Origin: Gemmatimonadota bacterium
GTDB taxonomy: Bacteria; Gemmatimonadota; Gemmatimonadetes; Gemmatimonadales; GWC2-71-9
Direction of reading: 5' to 3'
Assembly: GCA_041491545.1 (NCBI GenBank)
Contig: JBGPVE010000003.1
Span: 1-32,508, forward strand
DNA: 32,508 nt
The position numbers and the translations under genes are program-made. The stretch's first letter is position 1; each line of letters begins with the position of its first letter. Positions 1-9,830 of this stretch are shown in pieces. Below the pieces are notes generated by a model. That model was not told where the DNA came from and ran no database searches. It was given only the letters and a program-made list of their open reading frames with translations.

Positions 1-213
1 CGGCGCCATACCTTCGCGGCCTCGTGAAGACGCGCCTCCGCCGTATCGAAGGCTCCTGCTCGCAGGCCTCCAGTTGGCCAGGGAATGGAAGAGCGTCCGA
101 TTCTTGATGATCGCGACGTCGTCGTAGGCGAAATCGTACCCGGCGGTACGGGCGTAGACGGCGCAGGCGACGACAAAGACGCCGAGCGCCGCGAGCGCGC
201 TAGACCGCTTCAC
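1..213 (-). CDS. N-terminus of a TMTC-like/GT-C membrane protein (TPR-containing family); runs off the window and may be disrupted
   Basis: GTG at 213 overlaps the end of the response regulator by 14 nt. Manual translation gives [48 protein letters not shown], a TM helix followed by the FxYDDxxxIxxN motif typical of TMTC-like proteins. This ORF is not in the supplied track. Confidence 0.6.
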   Translation of the reverse strand, partial: MKRSSALAALGVFVVACAVYARTAGYDFAYDDVAIIKNRTLFHSLANWRPASRSLRYGGGASSRGREGMAP

Positions 214-1570
214 CTTCGTAGCGTGACAGTTTCCGATAGAGGGTGGAGGGATCGATGCCGAGCACCTCGGCGGCCCTCGTCTTGTTGCCGCCTTCGGCTT
301 GGAGGACGTACATGATGTACGCGCGCTCGATCACCTCGAGCGTGGGGTTGCGGTAGGATCGCTCGGCGACGAGCGGCTCCTTTCGTCGTTTGGTGATCCG
401 CTCGGGAAGCTCCGCCGCCTCGATCAGATTGCCGCGGGTCAGCACGTTGGCGTGCTCCAGCGCGTTCTCCAATTCGCGCACGTTGCCGGGCCACTCGTAG
501 ACCATCACCGCGTCGAGGGCATCGGAGGCGAGCGCTTTGATCTCGCCGCCCGATTCCGTCGCGAGGTTCTGCAGAAACGATTCGATGAGCAGCAAAAGAT
601 CGTCGCGCCGCTCTCGCAGCGGCGGAAGGTTGACCGCGATGACGTTCAGACGGTAGAAGAGATCGGAGCGGAAGTTGCCACGCCGGATCTCCTCCTCGAG
701 ATCGCGATTGGTGGCGGCGATGATGCGCACGTCGACCGGAATCGCCTCCGTGGCCCCGACGGGGATCGCCTCCCGCTCCTGCAGTACGCGGAGCAGCTTG
801 ACCTGCAGCGAGGGCGGCATCTCGCCGACTTCGTCCAAGAAGAAGCTTCCGCCCCGCGCGGCCGCGAACAGACCCTGCTTGTCGCGCACCGCGCCGGTGA
901 AGGAGCCTTTGACGTGGCCGAACAGCTCGCTCTCAAGCAAATTCTCCGGCAGCGCGCCGCAGTTGATGGAGAGGAACGGCCCCTCGGTTCGATTGGAGAG
1001 ATTATGCAGGTACCGGGCGATCACCTCTTTGCCGGTGCCGCTCTCGCCTTGGATGAGTACCGTCGAGTCGGTCGGCGCGACGTGCTCCGCCAACCGCAGG
1101 ACGTCGAGAAACCGCTTCGACTTGCCGATCGGCCGGCTCACCGTGCCGCGCTCGCGACGGCGGAACTCCTGCTTGAGCTGCTTGTTCTCCACCCGGATCG
1201 CGCGGAACTCGCAGGCGCGCCGGAGAATGGCGATCAGCTCGTCGTTGGAGAACGGCTTCTGGATGTAGTAGAACGCGCCGGAGTTCACGGCGGCGATGGC
1301 GGTCTGGAGCGAGGCCTGCGCGGTCATGAGGATGACCGGTGTCATGGGATCCTGCTCGCGGGCCGCAGCGAGGATGTCGAGTCCCGAGACTTGGGGCATC
1401 CGGACATCGGACAGGATGATGTCGTGGGTCCCGGAGCGGATCTGCTCGAGACCGGCCTTGCCGCCCTGGGCGGTCGTAACCTCGAAGCCCTCGTTGCGGA
1501 GCAGGATTCGGAGCGTGTCCAGGATTCCGGATTCGTCGTCCACTACGAGTACGGACGGCTTCTGGCTCAT
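200..1570 (-). CDS. Sigma54-dependent response regulator (REC-AAA+-Fis HTH; PilR/AtoC/NtrC family)
   Basis: REC domain (VVDDE, SDVRMP), Walker [40 protein letters not shown], and a C-terminal [27 protein letters not shown] at 1570 forms an ATGA overlap with the kinase stop. Confidence 0.95.
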   Translation of the reverse strand: MSQKPSVLVVDDESGILDTLRILLRNEGFEVTTAQGGKAGLEQIRSGTHDIILSDVRMPQVSGLDILAAAREQDPMTPVILMTAQASLQTAIAAVNSGAFYYIQKPFSNDELIAILRRACEFRAIRVENKQLKQEFRRRERGTVSRPIGKSKRFLDVLRLAEHVAPTDSTVLIQGESGTGKEVIARYLHNLSNRTEGPFLSINCGALPENLLESELFGHVKGSFTGAVRDKQGLFAAARGGSFFLDEVGEMPPSLQVKLLRVLQEREAIPVGATEAIPVDVRIIAATNRDLEEEIRRGNFRSDLFYRLNVIAVNLPPLRERRDDLLLLIESFLQNLATESGGEIKALASDALDAVMVYEWPGNVRELENALEHANVLTRGNLIEAAELPERITKRRKEPLVAERSYRNPTLEVIERAYIMYVLQAEGGNKTRAAEVLGIDPSTLYRKLSRYEGEAV

Positions 1571-3264
1571 GCGACCTCCTCGGGCATCCATTTAGCGGGC
1601 AACAGAATCGTAAACGCGGTACCGGCGCCGGGCGCCGACTCGACCAACACCAGACCGCGGTGGGCTTCCACCGCGCGCTGCACGATCGGTAGTCCGAGCC
1701 CGGTGCCGCCGGGTCGGCCCGAAACGAACGGCTGGAACAGACGCTCGCGAATCTCCTCCGGGATCCCCGGGCCGTCGTCTCGCACCGAGAGGCGGACGGC
1801 GTGCTCCAGGTAGGTGCCGTGGGGCAGCTCGCTGCCCTCCGCGAGGCCGACGGTCACCGTCACGTGCACCGGTCCGCGGGCCGCCTGCACGGCGTTGAGC
1901 ACCAAGTTCGCCACCACGCGGTGGAGGAGATCGGCGTCTCCCTCGAGCATCGTCCGCGGCCCGTCGACCGTGATGACGGCCTCCGCCGGGCAATCGGGAT
2001 GCTCCCGCACCAGTCGGGCGACCGCGACCGCCACCTCACGCAGGTCGACAGGAACGAACTCCGTCGCCCGCACCCGCGAGAAATCGAGGAACTCGTTCAG
2101 CAAGCGACTGAGCCGATCGCTCTCCCGGACGATGAGATCGGCGAGAAACCGCTCGTCGTCCGTGGCGTACCGGGAGCGCGCGAGCTGCTCCACGGAGCTT
2201 CGGATCGACGCCAGCGGATTCCGGATCTCGTGCGCCAGCGAGGCGCTCAGCGCCGCGACCGCCTCCAGCCGCTCGGCCCGCAGGTGCAGCTCCTGGAGCT
2301 GCTTCAGGTCCGAGATATCGGTGAAGATCGCCGTCACCGACGGCGCCTCCTGCGCCTCCTGCTTGAACACCGTCGTGCTGAGACCGATCGGAAAGAGCTT
2401 GCCCTCCTCGTGGAGAACCATGCCCTCGCCACGGCTGATCTTCCGTCCGTTCCGAATGCCGGTGGCGATAGCAGCCCATAGCTCGGACGAGCGGATCTTG
2501 AGCTGATCGAGCACCGGGTGGCCGGTGAGCGCCTCGCCGTCGAGATGGAGCAGCCGCTCCGCCGTCGGATTGATGAACGCCAGCCGACCCCGCCCGTCCA
2601 CCGTGAGGACGCCGGAGCGGATGTTCCGCAGGATGTCATCCGCTTCCAGCCGCACGCGCTCGAGCTCGGTCTCGAGCGTCGCCTGGCCTTCCCCGGCCTC
2701 CCGGAGGCGGTGGCTCAAGATCGCGACCAGGAGGAATACCACGTTGAACACGGCGTACTGCGCCCAAAACGCGGTGTTCATGTCGATCAGTTGTCCCCAC
2801 AGCGCATCGGCCAGAAACATAGCCGACGCCGCCACCGCCGTGGCTACACCCCACCCGAGCGGCAGGAGCAGCGCGTACGCGGCGACGACGAGCACGTAGA
2901 GCGCCGGAAACGCCGACTGCGGCTGGCCGGACACATGCACCAGCGCGGTGACGAGCCCTAGATCCACCAGCGCCTGTAGCTGGAGGAAGGCGTGACTCGG
3001 CACGATGCCGCGGACGAACACCGCCCACGCGCCGTACCCGGTGAAGGTCAGCGCAAAGACGACGGCAATGCTGCTGATGAAAGAAACATCGGGACGCTTG
3101 GTCCACACCAGGGAGGCGCCCAGAAGGGTGGCCAGCGCGAGAACCAGGCGACCGACGAAGAGCCAGGAAAGGAGGGTGTGTTGAGTGGGGAGCGAGGCCC
3201 GCCCGACCCGGCGCTTAGGCGCGCCATCGGCCGCGTCGGCCCGCCCCGCCGCGGATGATACCAT
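1567..3264 (-). CDS. Membrane sensor histidine kinase with PAS domain (PilS-like)
   Basis: About 5-6 N-terminal TM helices, a PAS domain, H-box AHEIRNPL, N-box NLVLNAVQA, DDGPGI and GTGLGL. Translationally coupled to the regulator. Confidence 0.92.
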   Translation of the reverse strand: MVSSAAGRADAADGAPKRRVGRASLPTQHTLLSWLFVGRLVLALATLLGASLVWTKRPDVSFISSIAVVFALTFTGYGAWAVFVRGIVPSHAFLQLQALVDLGLVTALVHVSGQPQSAFPALYVLVVAAYALLLPLGWGVATAVAASAMFLADALWGQLIDMNTAFWAQYAVFNVVFLLVAILSHRLREAGEGQATLETELERVRLEADDILRNIRSGVLTVDGRGRLAFINPTAERLLHLDGEALTGHPVLDQLKIRSSELWAAIATGIRNGRKISRGEGMVLHEEGKLFPIGLSTTVFKQEAQEAPSVTAIFTDISDLKQLQELHLRAERLEAVAALSASLAHEIRNPLASIRSSVEQLARSRYATDDERFLADLIVRESDRLSRLLNEFLDFSRVRATEFVPVDLREVAVAVARLVREHPDCPAEAVITVDGPRTMLEGDADLLHRVVANLVLNAVQAARGPVHVTVTVGLAEGSELPHGTYLEHAVRLSVRDDGPGIPEEIRERLFQPFVSGRPGGTGLGLPIVQRAVEAHRGLVLVESAPGAGTAFTILLPAKWMPEEVA

Positions 3265-3367
3265 CGTACCTCAAGGCCAACGAATGGCGTGGGGTCGGAG
3301 TGACCCGGCAAGATAGGGACGTGGCGAACCCGATGGTAGTGCCGAAACGCGAGACTCCGCCCCGCCG

Positions 3368-3958
3368 CTATCCCCCGCCGACCGGGCGCCGGCGTTCGAT
3401 TCCGGCATAGGCCACGACGAGTTGCCGCCGCCGTTCCACGCCGCTGTAGGGGAGACCGCCGCGTCCACCGCGATTGAGCGACGCCGGCAGCTCGGAGAGC
3501 GAGCTCGGCGCATTCACGTGAGCGCCGTCATCGACGCCCACGCCCAGCCGCGCCACCAACTCGCCCCCGAGCCAGCCGGTGACCAGCGCGATCGCCGCTC
3601 CCGCGATGCCGGCCACGACCGCATCGGTCCGCGGCACCGCTGGGCCGTTGCGCCGCAAGAACCAGCTCAACCCGAAGAACAGGAGCACGGCCATGTTACC
3701 CAGCCCGTGCAGCAGCCCAATCCGCTTCGCGCGGCTGCCATCCGGTATGGTGAGCCAGTCGATCCAGCCGAACAGCGCCGCCGCCAGTCCACCGATCAAT
3801 CCGGCGCTGATCAGATAGTAGGCGACTTGGTACCATCGCGTGTCGGTCGAGATGAGCCCGATGATATCGAAGATCACCGCCGTCACCAGAAGCCCAAGCG
3901 GAAAGACGATCAGCATCGGGTGCACGCGGTGCCCAAGAAACTTGGTCCTACGCTCCAT
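3368..3958 (-). CDS. DUF2231-family membrane protein
   Basis: GHRVHPMLIVFPLG, G..DW, H..GN and GWLGGELV..LGVGV motifs, four TM segments, and a GAGGA SD upstream. Confidence 0.85.
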   Translation of the reverse strand: MERRTKFLGHRVHPMLIVFPLGLLVTAVIFDIIGLISTDTRWYQVAYYLISAGLIGGLAAALFGWIDWLTIPDGSRAKRIGLLHGLGNMAVLLFFGLSWFLRRNGPAVPRTDAVVAGIAGAAIALVTGWLGGELVARLGVGVDDGAHVNAPSSLSELPASLNRGGRGGLPYSGVERRRQLVVAYAGIERRRPVGGG

Positions 3959-4001
3959 AGGCTGATGTCCTCATTACAGGGTGGCGACGCCTGCCGGCCG
4001 A

Positions 4002-7000
4002 TCACTCCAGCGCGCGCGCACGCCGGTCCAGGGTCTCCCGAACTTTCCGGCCCAGGCTGTCGGGTGAAAACGGCTTCGGCAGAAAGGGGACACCGGCCTC
4101 CCGCACATCGGCGCGCAGGCGCTCCGGCTCCATGTAGCCGGACATGACCGCGACGCCGATGCCCGGTCGGATAGCCCCGAGCGCTTCGATCAGCTCCAAG
4201 CCGCCCATCTCAGGCATCACGACGTCAGTGAGCATCAGGTCGATTGCGCCGGGATAGTCGCGCGCGATCTGCAGCGCCTCGCGCCCGTTGGCAGCCTCCA
4301 GCACGCTGTAGCCGAGACCGGCCAGGACCCGTCCGGCGAGCCCCAGCACCGCCTGCTCGTCTTCGACGAGGAGGAGACATTCCGACCCGCCAAGCGTGGG
4401 GACGATATCGCGCATGCCGCCGTGCCTAGCGGCGACGGGCTCGACGCGGGGCAAGCAGATCTTGAACGCCGCGCCCTCGCGCGGCTCGCTGTCGACCCAG
4501 ACGTAGCCGCCGGTCTGCTTGACGATGCTGTACACCGTGGCCAGCCCGAGACCGGTGTTGTTGGACGACGGCTTCGTGGTGAAGAACGGCTCGAACAATC
4601 GCGCCTTGACCTCGGCGCTCATTCCTTGGCCCGTGTCACTCACGATCAGCATGACGTAGGGACCGGCGGGGATATCGATACCCACGTGGCGGTAGGCGTA
4701 GCCCTCGGGCAGATCGACGTCGATCGTCTCGATGCTCAGCTCGCCACCGTTTGGCATCGCGTCGCGCCCGTTGAGCGCGAGATTCATGACGACCTGCTCC
4801 AACTGGCCGCGATCGGCCGCGACGCCCCCGAGGCCACCCGAGAGGCGCAGGACGATCCTGATATCCTCCCGCAGTAAGGGCCGCAGCATCGGATCGAGAT
4901 CGCGAATGATGTCGTTGAGGTCGACGGTTTGGCGCTTGAGGATGCTCGGATGGCCCAACGAGAGGAGCTGGCGGGTCAGACTCGCCGCGCGATCCGCCGC
5001 CTTGCGAATCTCGACGGCGTCGCCGCGGCGCGCGTCGTCCGACTCGATGGCACCCAACAGGAAATCGCTGAATCCCAGGATAATCATGAGCAGATTGTTC
5101 AGGTCGTGCGCCAGGCCCCCCGCCAGCCGGCCGACGGCGTCCATCTTCTGCGCCTGCCGCAACTGCTCTTCCGCCCGCTGCCGCTCGGTCAGGTCCTGCG
5201 TCGTGGCCGCGTAGCACTGAATCCGGCCGGCCGCGTCCTTGATCGCGGCGATGTCGATCAGGACCGGGAAGACCGTGCCATCCTTGCGGATCTGCTCCGA
5301 CTCCCAAATGTGATGGCCCTGAGCCTGCAGCAATCTGAATTCACGGCGCAGCTCGGCTCGGCGCCGCCGTGGAAACAACTCGGACACCGGGCACCCGGTG
5401 ATTTCCTCGGGCGTGTACCCGTGCATCCGAGCGAAGGCGGGATTGGCCGCCTCGATGCGGCGTCCGTCGGCGCTGCCGATCGCCACTCCCCACTCGGCCT
5501 GCTCGAAGATGAACGCCCAGCGACTGGCTCGCGATTCGGCCTCGGCACGCCGCTGAATCTCGATCTGCGCGGCGCGAAAGAGCCGGGCGTTGTCGACGGC
5601 GAGCGCGGCGCGACTCGCCAGGTCCTCGGCGAGCGCCACGTCGGCCGGTGAATGCCGCCGGCCGGAATCCGCGAAACCGAGCGTCAGGCTCCCGATCGTG
5701 TATCCGTGCGTCCTGAGCGGCGCCACGATCAGCGAACGGGGTTTGAGCTCGCGGAGGAACGCCGCGTGGCGCTCGCCGCGAGCCATGGCGGTGAGGGTTT
5801 CGTCGGTCAGCTTGGGATACAGCACCGGCGCGCCGGTGGCGAGCGCCTGGACGATCGGATCCCTCGCCGCCCGCGGGTCTGGCGGCAGGCGGAGCGCCTC
5901 CGCGCGCAGGCGGGCCTCGGTGGTCGGGTCGACGTGCGCGAGCTGCGTCCGCTCGATCGCGCCATCCTCCGCGATCAACTCCATCAAGCAAAAATCGGCC
6001 AGCACGGGCAGCGCCATTCGAGCGATGGTCTCGAGGGTGCGGTCCATGTCCAGCGACGTGCCGAGCAGCCGACTTGCCTCGGCGAGCAGGTGCTGATGCT
6101 CCTCCCGACGCCTTCGCTCGGTGATGTCGAGGAACGCGCCGACCGCCCCACGGACCTTGCCGGCTTCGTCGAAGAGCGGCGCGGCGTAGCTCAGCAGGCT
6201 GTGGGATGACCCGTCGTGCCGGACGATCTCGTTCACCACGTCCGACACCGGGTAGCCGGTTCGGGCGGCGACCTGGATGGGGAGAGCGTCCGCCGCCAGT
6301 TCCACGCCGTCGTGGAAAACCCGGAAGGGGAGAGCAACGGCGTTTGGGCCCGTGAGCGAGGCGTTGCTACTCGGGGAAACCCCGAGCAACTGGGCGAAGG
6401 TCCGGTTGACGGTGATGGTCCGGCACTCCGTGTCCCGCGCGATCCCGATGCAGATCGGGATCACGTCGAGCAGCGCCTGAAGCTCGCCCACCCGCCGCTC
6501 GAGATCAGCGTTCAGGCGCTCGATCTCGCGTTCGCTGGCGAATCGCTGAGTCATATCGCGATCGAGGCCGACCACGCCGATCACCTCCCCATCGGCATCT
6601 CGCAGCGGAGAGAGCGAGGTCTGCATATGCCGATTGCCACGGGGACGAATCAGATCCCACTCGTAGACGACCGTCTCCCCTGCAAGCGCCCGGACGTTCG
6701 CTTCGTCGTGAATCGTCGCCGCACCGGGACCCAGGATCTCGCGGGTGGTGCGGCCGAGGAACATGTCGGGCGTGTAGCCCTCCCGCTCGAGCCAGCGACC
6801 GAAGATGTCGACGCACCGCTGATCTCGATCGAGCCGGAACACGACGTCGTCGATCGACTGCACCAGAAGACGGAACCGCTGTTCGCTCTCGCCGAGGAGG
6901 CGCACCGTGCTGTTCGCCACACCTTCGCGCCCTCGAGTGACATCGCGGATAAGTACGGAGACGCCGCCTTCGCTAGGAAAGATCCGAGTCTCGAGCAACC

Positions 7001-7292
7001 GTTGAAATGGGGCATCGTACTCTTGGTAGGTCACGACCTCGAGATCCGCCTGGGCCAGGCGCAACGAACGCTCCAGCGCCGTTCCGAGCACGGCGGGGAG
7101 TTTGTCCCAAAGGATCTGTCCGACGGGCGAGTCGTGGAGGGCGCCGTAACGCTCGCGCAGGAGTCGCTCGGCGGCGCGGTTGAGGCAGGTGCATCGCCCG
7201 GCGTCGTCGAGCGCGAAGAACGCATCGCTCAGCCGCTCGAGCACAACATCGAGCTGGCCGGGAAGTGTCGTACCAGTAGTGCTATGAGTCAT
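4002..7292 (-). CDS. Cytoplasmic hybrid sensor kinase (PAS-PAS-PAS-GAF-PAS-HisKA-HATPase-REC; CckA-like output module)
   Basis: Repeated PAS/PAC ends (RDVT, RDMT, LDITE, QDLTE), a GAF domain, AQKMDAVGRLAGGLAHDLNNLL, DTGQGM, FEPFFTTK, and REC LLVED...TDVVMP. No TM helices. ATG at 7292, alternative TTG at 7295. Confidence 0.93.
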   Translation of the reverse strand: MTHSTTGTTLPGQLDVVLERLSDAFFALDDAGRCTCLNRAAERLLRERYGALHDSPVGQILWDKLPAVLGTALERSLRLAQADLEVVTYQEYDAPFQRLLETRIFPSEGGVSVLIRDVTRGREGVANSTVRLLGESEQRFRLLVQSIDDVVFRLDRDQRCVDIFGRWLEREGYTPDMFLGRTTREILGPGAATIHDEANVRALAGETVVYEWDLIRPRGNRHMQTSLSPLRDADGEVIGVVGLDRDMTQRFASEREIERLNADLERRVGELQALLDVIPICIGIARDTECRTITVNRTFAQLLGVSPSSNASLTGPNAVALPFRVFHDGVELAADALPIQVAARTGYPVSDVVNEIVRHDGSSHSLLSYAAPLFDEAGKVRGAVGAFLDITERRRREEHQHLLAEASRLLGTSLDMDRTLETIARMALPVLADFCLMELIAEDGAIERTQLAHVDPTTEARLRAEALRLPPDPRAARDPIVQALATGAPVLYPKLTDETLTAMARGERHAAFLRELKPRSLIVAPLRTHGYTIGSLTLGFADSGRRHSPADVALAEDLASRAALAVDNARLFRAAQIEIQRRAEAESRASRWAFIFEQAEWGVAIGSADGRRIEAANPAFARMHGYTPEEITGCPVSELFPRRRRAELRREFRLLQAQGHHIWESEQIRKDGTVFPVLIDIAAIKDAAGRIQCYAATTQDLTERQRAEEQLRQAQKMDAVGRLAGGLAHDLNNLLMIILGFSDFLLGAIESDDARRGDAVEIRKAADRAASLTRQLLSLGHPSILKRQTVDLNDIIRDLDPMLRPLLREDIRIVLRLSGGLGGVAADRGQLEQVVMNLALNGRDAMPNGGELSIETIDVDLPEGYAYRHVGIDIPAGPYVMLIVSDTGQGMSAEVKARLFEPFFTTKPSSNNTGLGLATVYSIVKQTGGYVWVDSEPREGAAFKICLPRVEPVAARHGGMRDIVPTLGGSECLLLVEDEQAVLGLAGRVLAGLGYSVLEAANGREALQIARDYPGAIDLMLTDVVMPEMGGLELIEALGAIRPGIGVAVMSGYMEPERLRADVREAGVPFLPKPFSPDSLGRKVRETLDRRARALE

Positions 7293-7353
7293 CAACGCCC
7301 GGGGCGCTGTGCGCGATCCGCGGTTGGGATAGCTGGACTAACGATGTCCTAAC

Positions 7354-9660
7354 TTAAGAACGCGGCTCGGACGACGCCATCCAGGCATAGAGCCCACGAT
7401 ACAGATCGCGACTCCGCAGGATCAACCGCACGTAGTCTCGGGTCTCGATGAACGGAATGCGCTCGACGAAGATCTCGGCATCGGCCACGCCTTCCCGGCT
7501 CATCCAGCGATCGACCCGAGACACCCCGGCGTTGTAGGCTGCGAGGGTTCGCGCGGGATCGTCGTAACGGTGCACCAGCTCGGCCAGGTGCCTGGTGCCG
7601 AGCTCGAGACTCACGTCGGGCTGATAGAGTAGCGCCGGATCCCAGGCCGGAAAGCTGAGCGCCTTGGCCAGGATCCGGCCCAGGTCGGGCATCACCTGCA
7701 TCAGCCCGCGCGCGCCCACGCTCGAGGTCGCACCGGGATTGAACATCGATTCCTGGCGGATCAACGCCGCCACGAAGCTCGGATCGAGGCGCTGCACGGT
7801 GGCCTGGGCCAGGATGGCGTCGGGCCGTACGATCGGATATAGGAGTCGGTAGGTCCGGGCATCGCCGGCGGCGCCCCGGGCGATCGCGCGCCGCGCCAGG
7901 CGAATCGCCGGTGAGCCCAGATCTCGTTCTCGGAAGGCGTTGGCCGTCGCCAGCAGGCGATCCACCGACTGATCCGCCTGGCGGGCGATGTCCTCGTGCT
8001 CCCAAGCCGCCTCCTGACTCAGGCCGATCCGCACCAGGAGATCGGCCCGAGCCATCGCGCTATCGACTTCCGGGACCGGCACGAACGAGTCGGCGGCGGC
8101 GGGCGGGAGCCAGCGGCTAAGTCCGAGCCGCTCCTCGCTCAACCCGGCGTAGTACGACGTCGGATCGCGCGCCGCGAGCGTGGACCAGCGCCCGCGGGCG
8201 CGGGCGCTGTCGCCGGTCTGGGCCCAGGCGCGACCGCTCCAATACATCGCCGCCGGCACCTCGTCGCCGGCGTTGCGACTGGCCGCCAGCGCGTCGAACT
8301 CCTTTGCGGCCGTCTCGGCCCCACCCTCAAGGAGGGCGATCAACGCGGCTTGGAAGCGCGCCGACGGCGCGAACCGGCTCTTGGGAAACTGCGCCGCCAA
8401 TCGCGCGAGCAGCTTGCGAGCGTCGGCATCATGGCGGGCATCGATGGCGAGATCGGCGAGGAGGAGGAGCGCCGGCGTCGCCGCCGCCGTGTCCTGGGGA
8501 AACCGGCGCAGGACCAACCGGAGCGCCTTGCTCGCGGGCTCCTCCTGGCCGTCTCTCAGGAGCGCGCGGCCCCGCTGATACGCGGCCGCGCCACCCTGCC
8601 GATGTCCCGGCGGCACCCGCTCGAACTCCTTGGCGGATTCGCGATATCGTCCGACTCGGCCCAGAGCGGTGGCAAACTCGAACCGATCCTCGGCGTCGCC
8701 GATGCCGGCCGCCAACGCCCGGGTGAAGCCGGCGACCGCGCGGGGCGGCAAACCCGCGGCGGCCGCGGCGCGCGCGACGATCAGCTCATCGCCGGGGCCG
8801 AGCCCGGTGAAGGCGTTGTCCAGGATGGCGATGGCTCGCTGCGCATCGCCCACCGATGGCCGCGCGTCGACGAAGGCGACCAGCTCCCGGCGCATAGAGT
8901 CACGGCCGGCGCTGTCGTTGGCCGCGGCCAGCCGAAGACGGAGCGCCGTGGTGCGCGCGCCGAGCAGGTCGTATCGCTGGGCGGCACCGAGGTAGTCACC
9001 GATGTGCTCTCGGATCACCGCCTCGGTGAATGGAATCCGGACTCGGGTGGCGGGGCGGCGGAGCGCCGCATAGGCCGTTGCCCGACCCGCGCTGTCCGTA
9101 GTGACGCCGGCCGCCCGGAGCCAAAGCCAGTCGGCGACGCCGGGGAGCAGCTCCGCCGCCCGGGCGTAGCTCTTCGCAGCGCTGTCCCGCGAGCCAAGAC
9201 GCTCCAGGACTTCGGCGAGATAAACGAACGCGGTGCCGCGCCGCTCCGAATCATCCAGCAGCGCGATGGCGCGACCGGCGTTGGCGGCGGCGAGCGAGTC
9301 CTGCCGACGCTCCAGCGCCGCGCGGGCCAGCAGGAGGCGACCCTCCCCGCCGAACGCAGAATCGGCCCAGCTCTCGGGGGAAAGGAGCCGTTGAACCTCC
9401 TCCCATCCCCCCCAACGACTCGCCGCCGTGGCGGCGAGCAGCACGGCCTCGGAGGTGCGCCGAGTCGAGTCGCTCAGCACGGGCGCGAGCAGCAGGGTCG
9501 CTCGCCATGGCAGACCCCGGGCGAGCGCGTTGGTCGCGGCGCTTACCGCTGAATCGGCGGGAACGGATGGAGGCGATGCTGGGCCCGAGTCAACCGGCGG
9601 CGAGCTCGGCGCCTGCGCGACCTGGGCCGCCAGGAGGCCGATATAAAGGATGTGAATCAC
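7354..9660 (-). CDS. slt: Soluble lytic murein transglycosylase (Slt70-like, TPR superhelix plus SLT domain)
   Basis: IRQES.FNP.A.S.VGARGLMQVMP, AAYNAG and ETRDYV motifs. Signal-peptide-like N-terminus and helical repeats. Confidence 0.88.
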   Translation of the reverse strand: MIHILYIGLLAAQVAQAPSSPPVDSGPASPPSVPADSAVSAATNALARGLPWRATLLLAPVLSDSTRRTSEAVLLAATAASRWGGWEEVQRLLSPESWADSAFGGEGRLLLARAALERRQDSLAAANAGRAIALLDDSERRGTAFVYLAEVLERLGSRDSAAKSYARAAELLPGVADWLWLRAAGVTTDSAGRATAYAALRRPATRVRIPFTEAVIREHIGDYLGAAQRYDLLGARTTALRLRLAAANDSAGRDSMRRELVAFVDARPSVGDAQRAIAILDNAFTGLGPGDELIVARAAAAAGLPPRAVAGFTRALAAGIGDAEDRFEFATALGRVGRYRESAKEFERVPPGHRQGGAAAYQRGRALLRDGQEEPASKALRLVLRRFPQDTAAATPALLLLADLAIDARHDADARKLLARLAAQFPKSRFAPSARFQAALIALLEGGAETAAKEFDALAASRNAGDEVPAAMYWSGRAWAQTGDSARARGRWSTLAARDPTSYYAGLSEERLGLSRWLPPAAADSFVPVPEVDSAMARADLLVRIGLSQEAAWEHEDIARQADQSVDRLLATANAFRERDLGSPAIRLARRAIARGAAGDARTYRLLYPIVRPDAILAQATVQRLDPSFVAALIRQESMFNPGATSSVGARGLMQVMPDLGRILAKALSFPAWDPALLYQPDVSLELGTRHLAELVHRYDDPARTLAAYNAGVSRVDRWMSREGVADAEIFVERIPFIETRDYVRLILRSRDLYRGLYAWMASSEPRS

Positions 9661-9737
9661 AGTGGCGGAATCTCGTCAGGCGGGGGCCGGTTGCACCAGC
9701 GGTACCGGAGGGTTGGCATCGGGCCCGGTGGGCCCAC

Positions 9738-9765
9738 TTGACCAATGGCGCTGCAACGGTACAAC
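9738..9765 (+). promoter_or_regulatory. Possible sigma70 promoter for hslR
   Basis: TTGACC-N16-TACAAC in the slt/hslR divergent gap. Confidence 0.35.
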
Positions 9766-9830
9766 GTGCTCCGGCAGCCAACCTTGCTTCCTCAACGAAG
9801 GCTCCCGTGACCACTGACGCGGACCACCGG

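Noticed and set aside
299-1813. Long antisense ORFs (e.g. 299-1813, 7996-9552, 19493-20875, 29961-31370)
   Set aside because: These are shadow frames of real genes in high-GC DNA and have no recognisable motifs.
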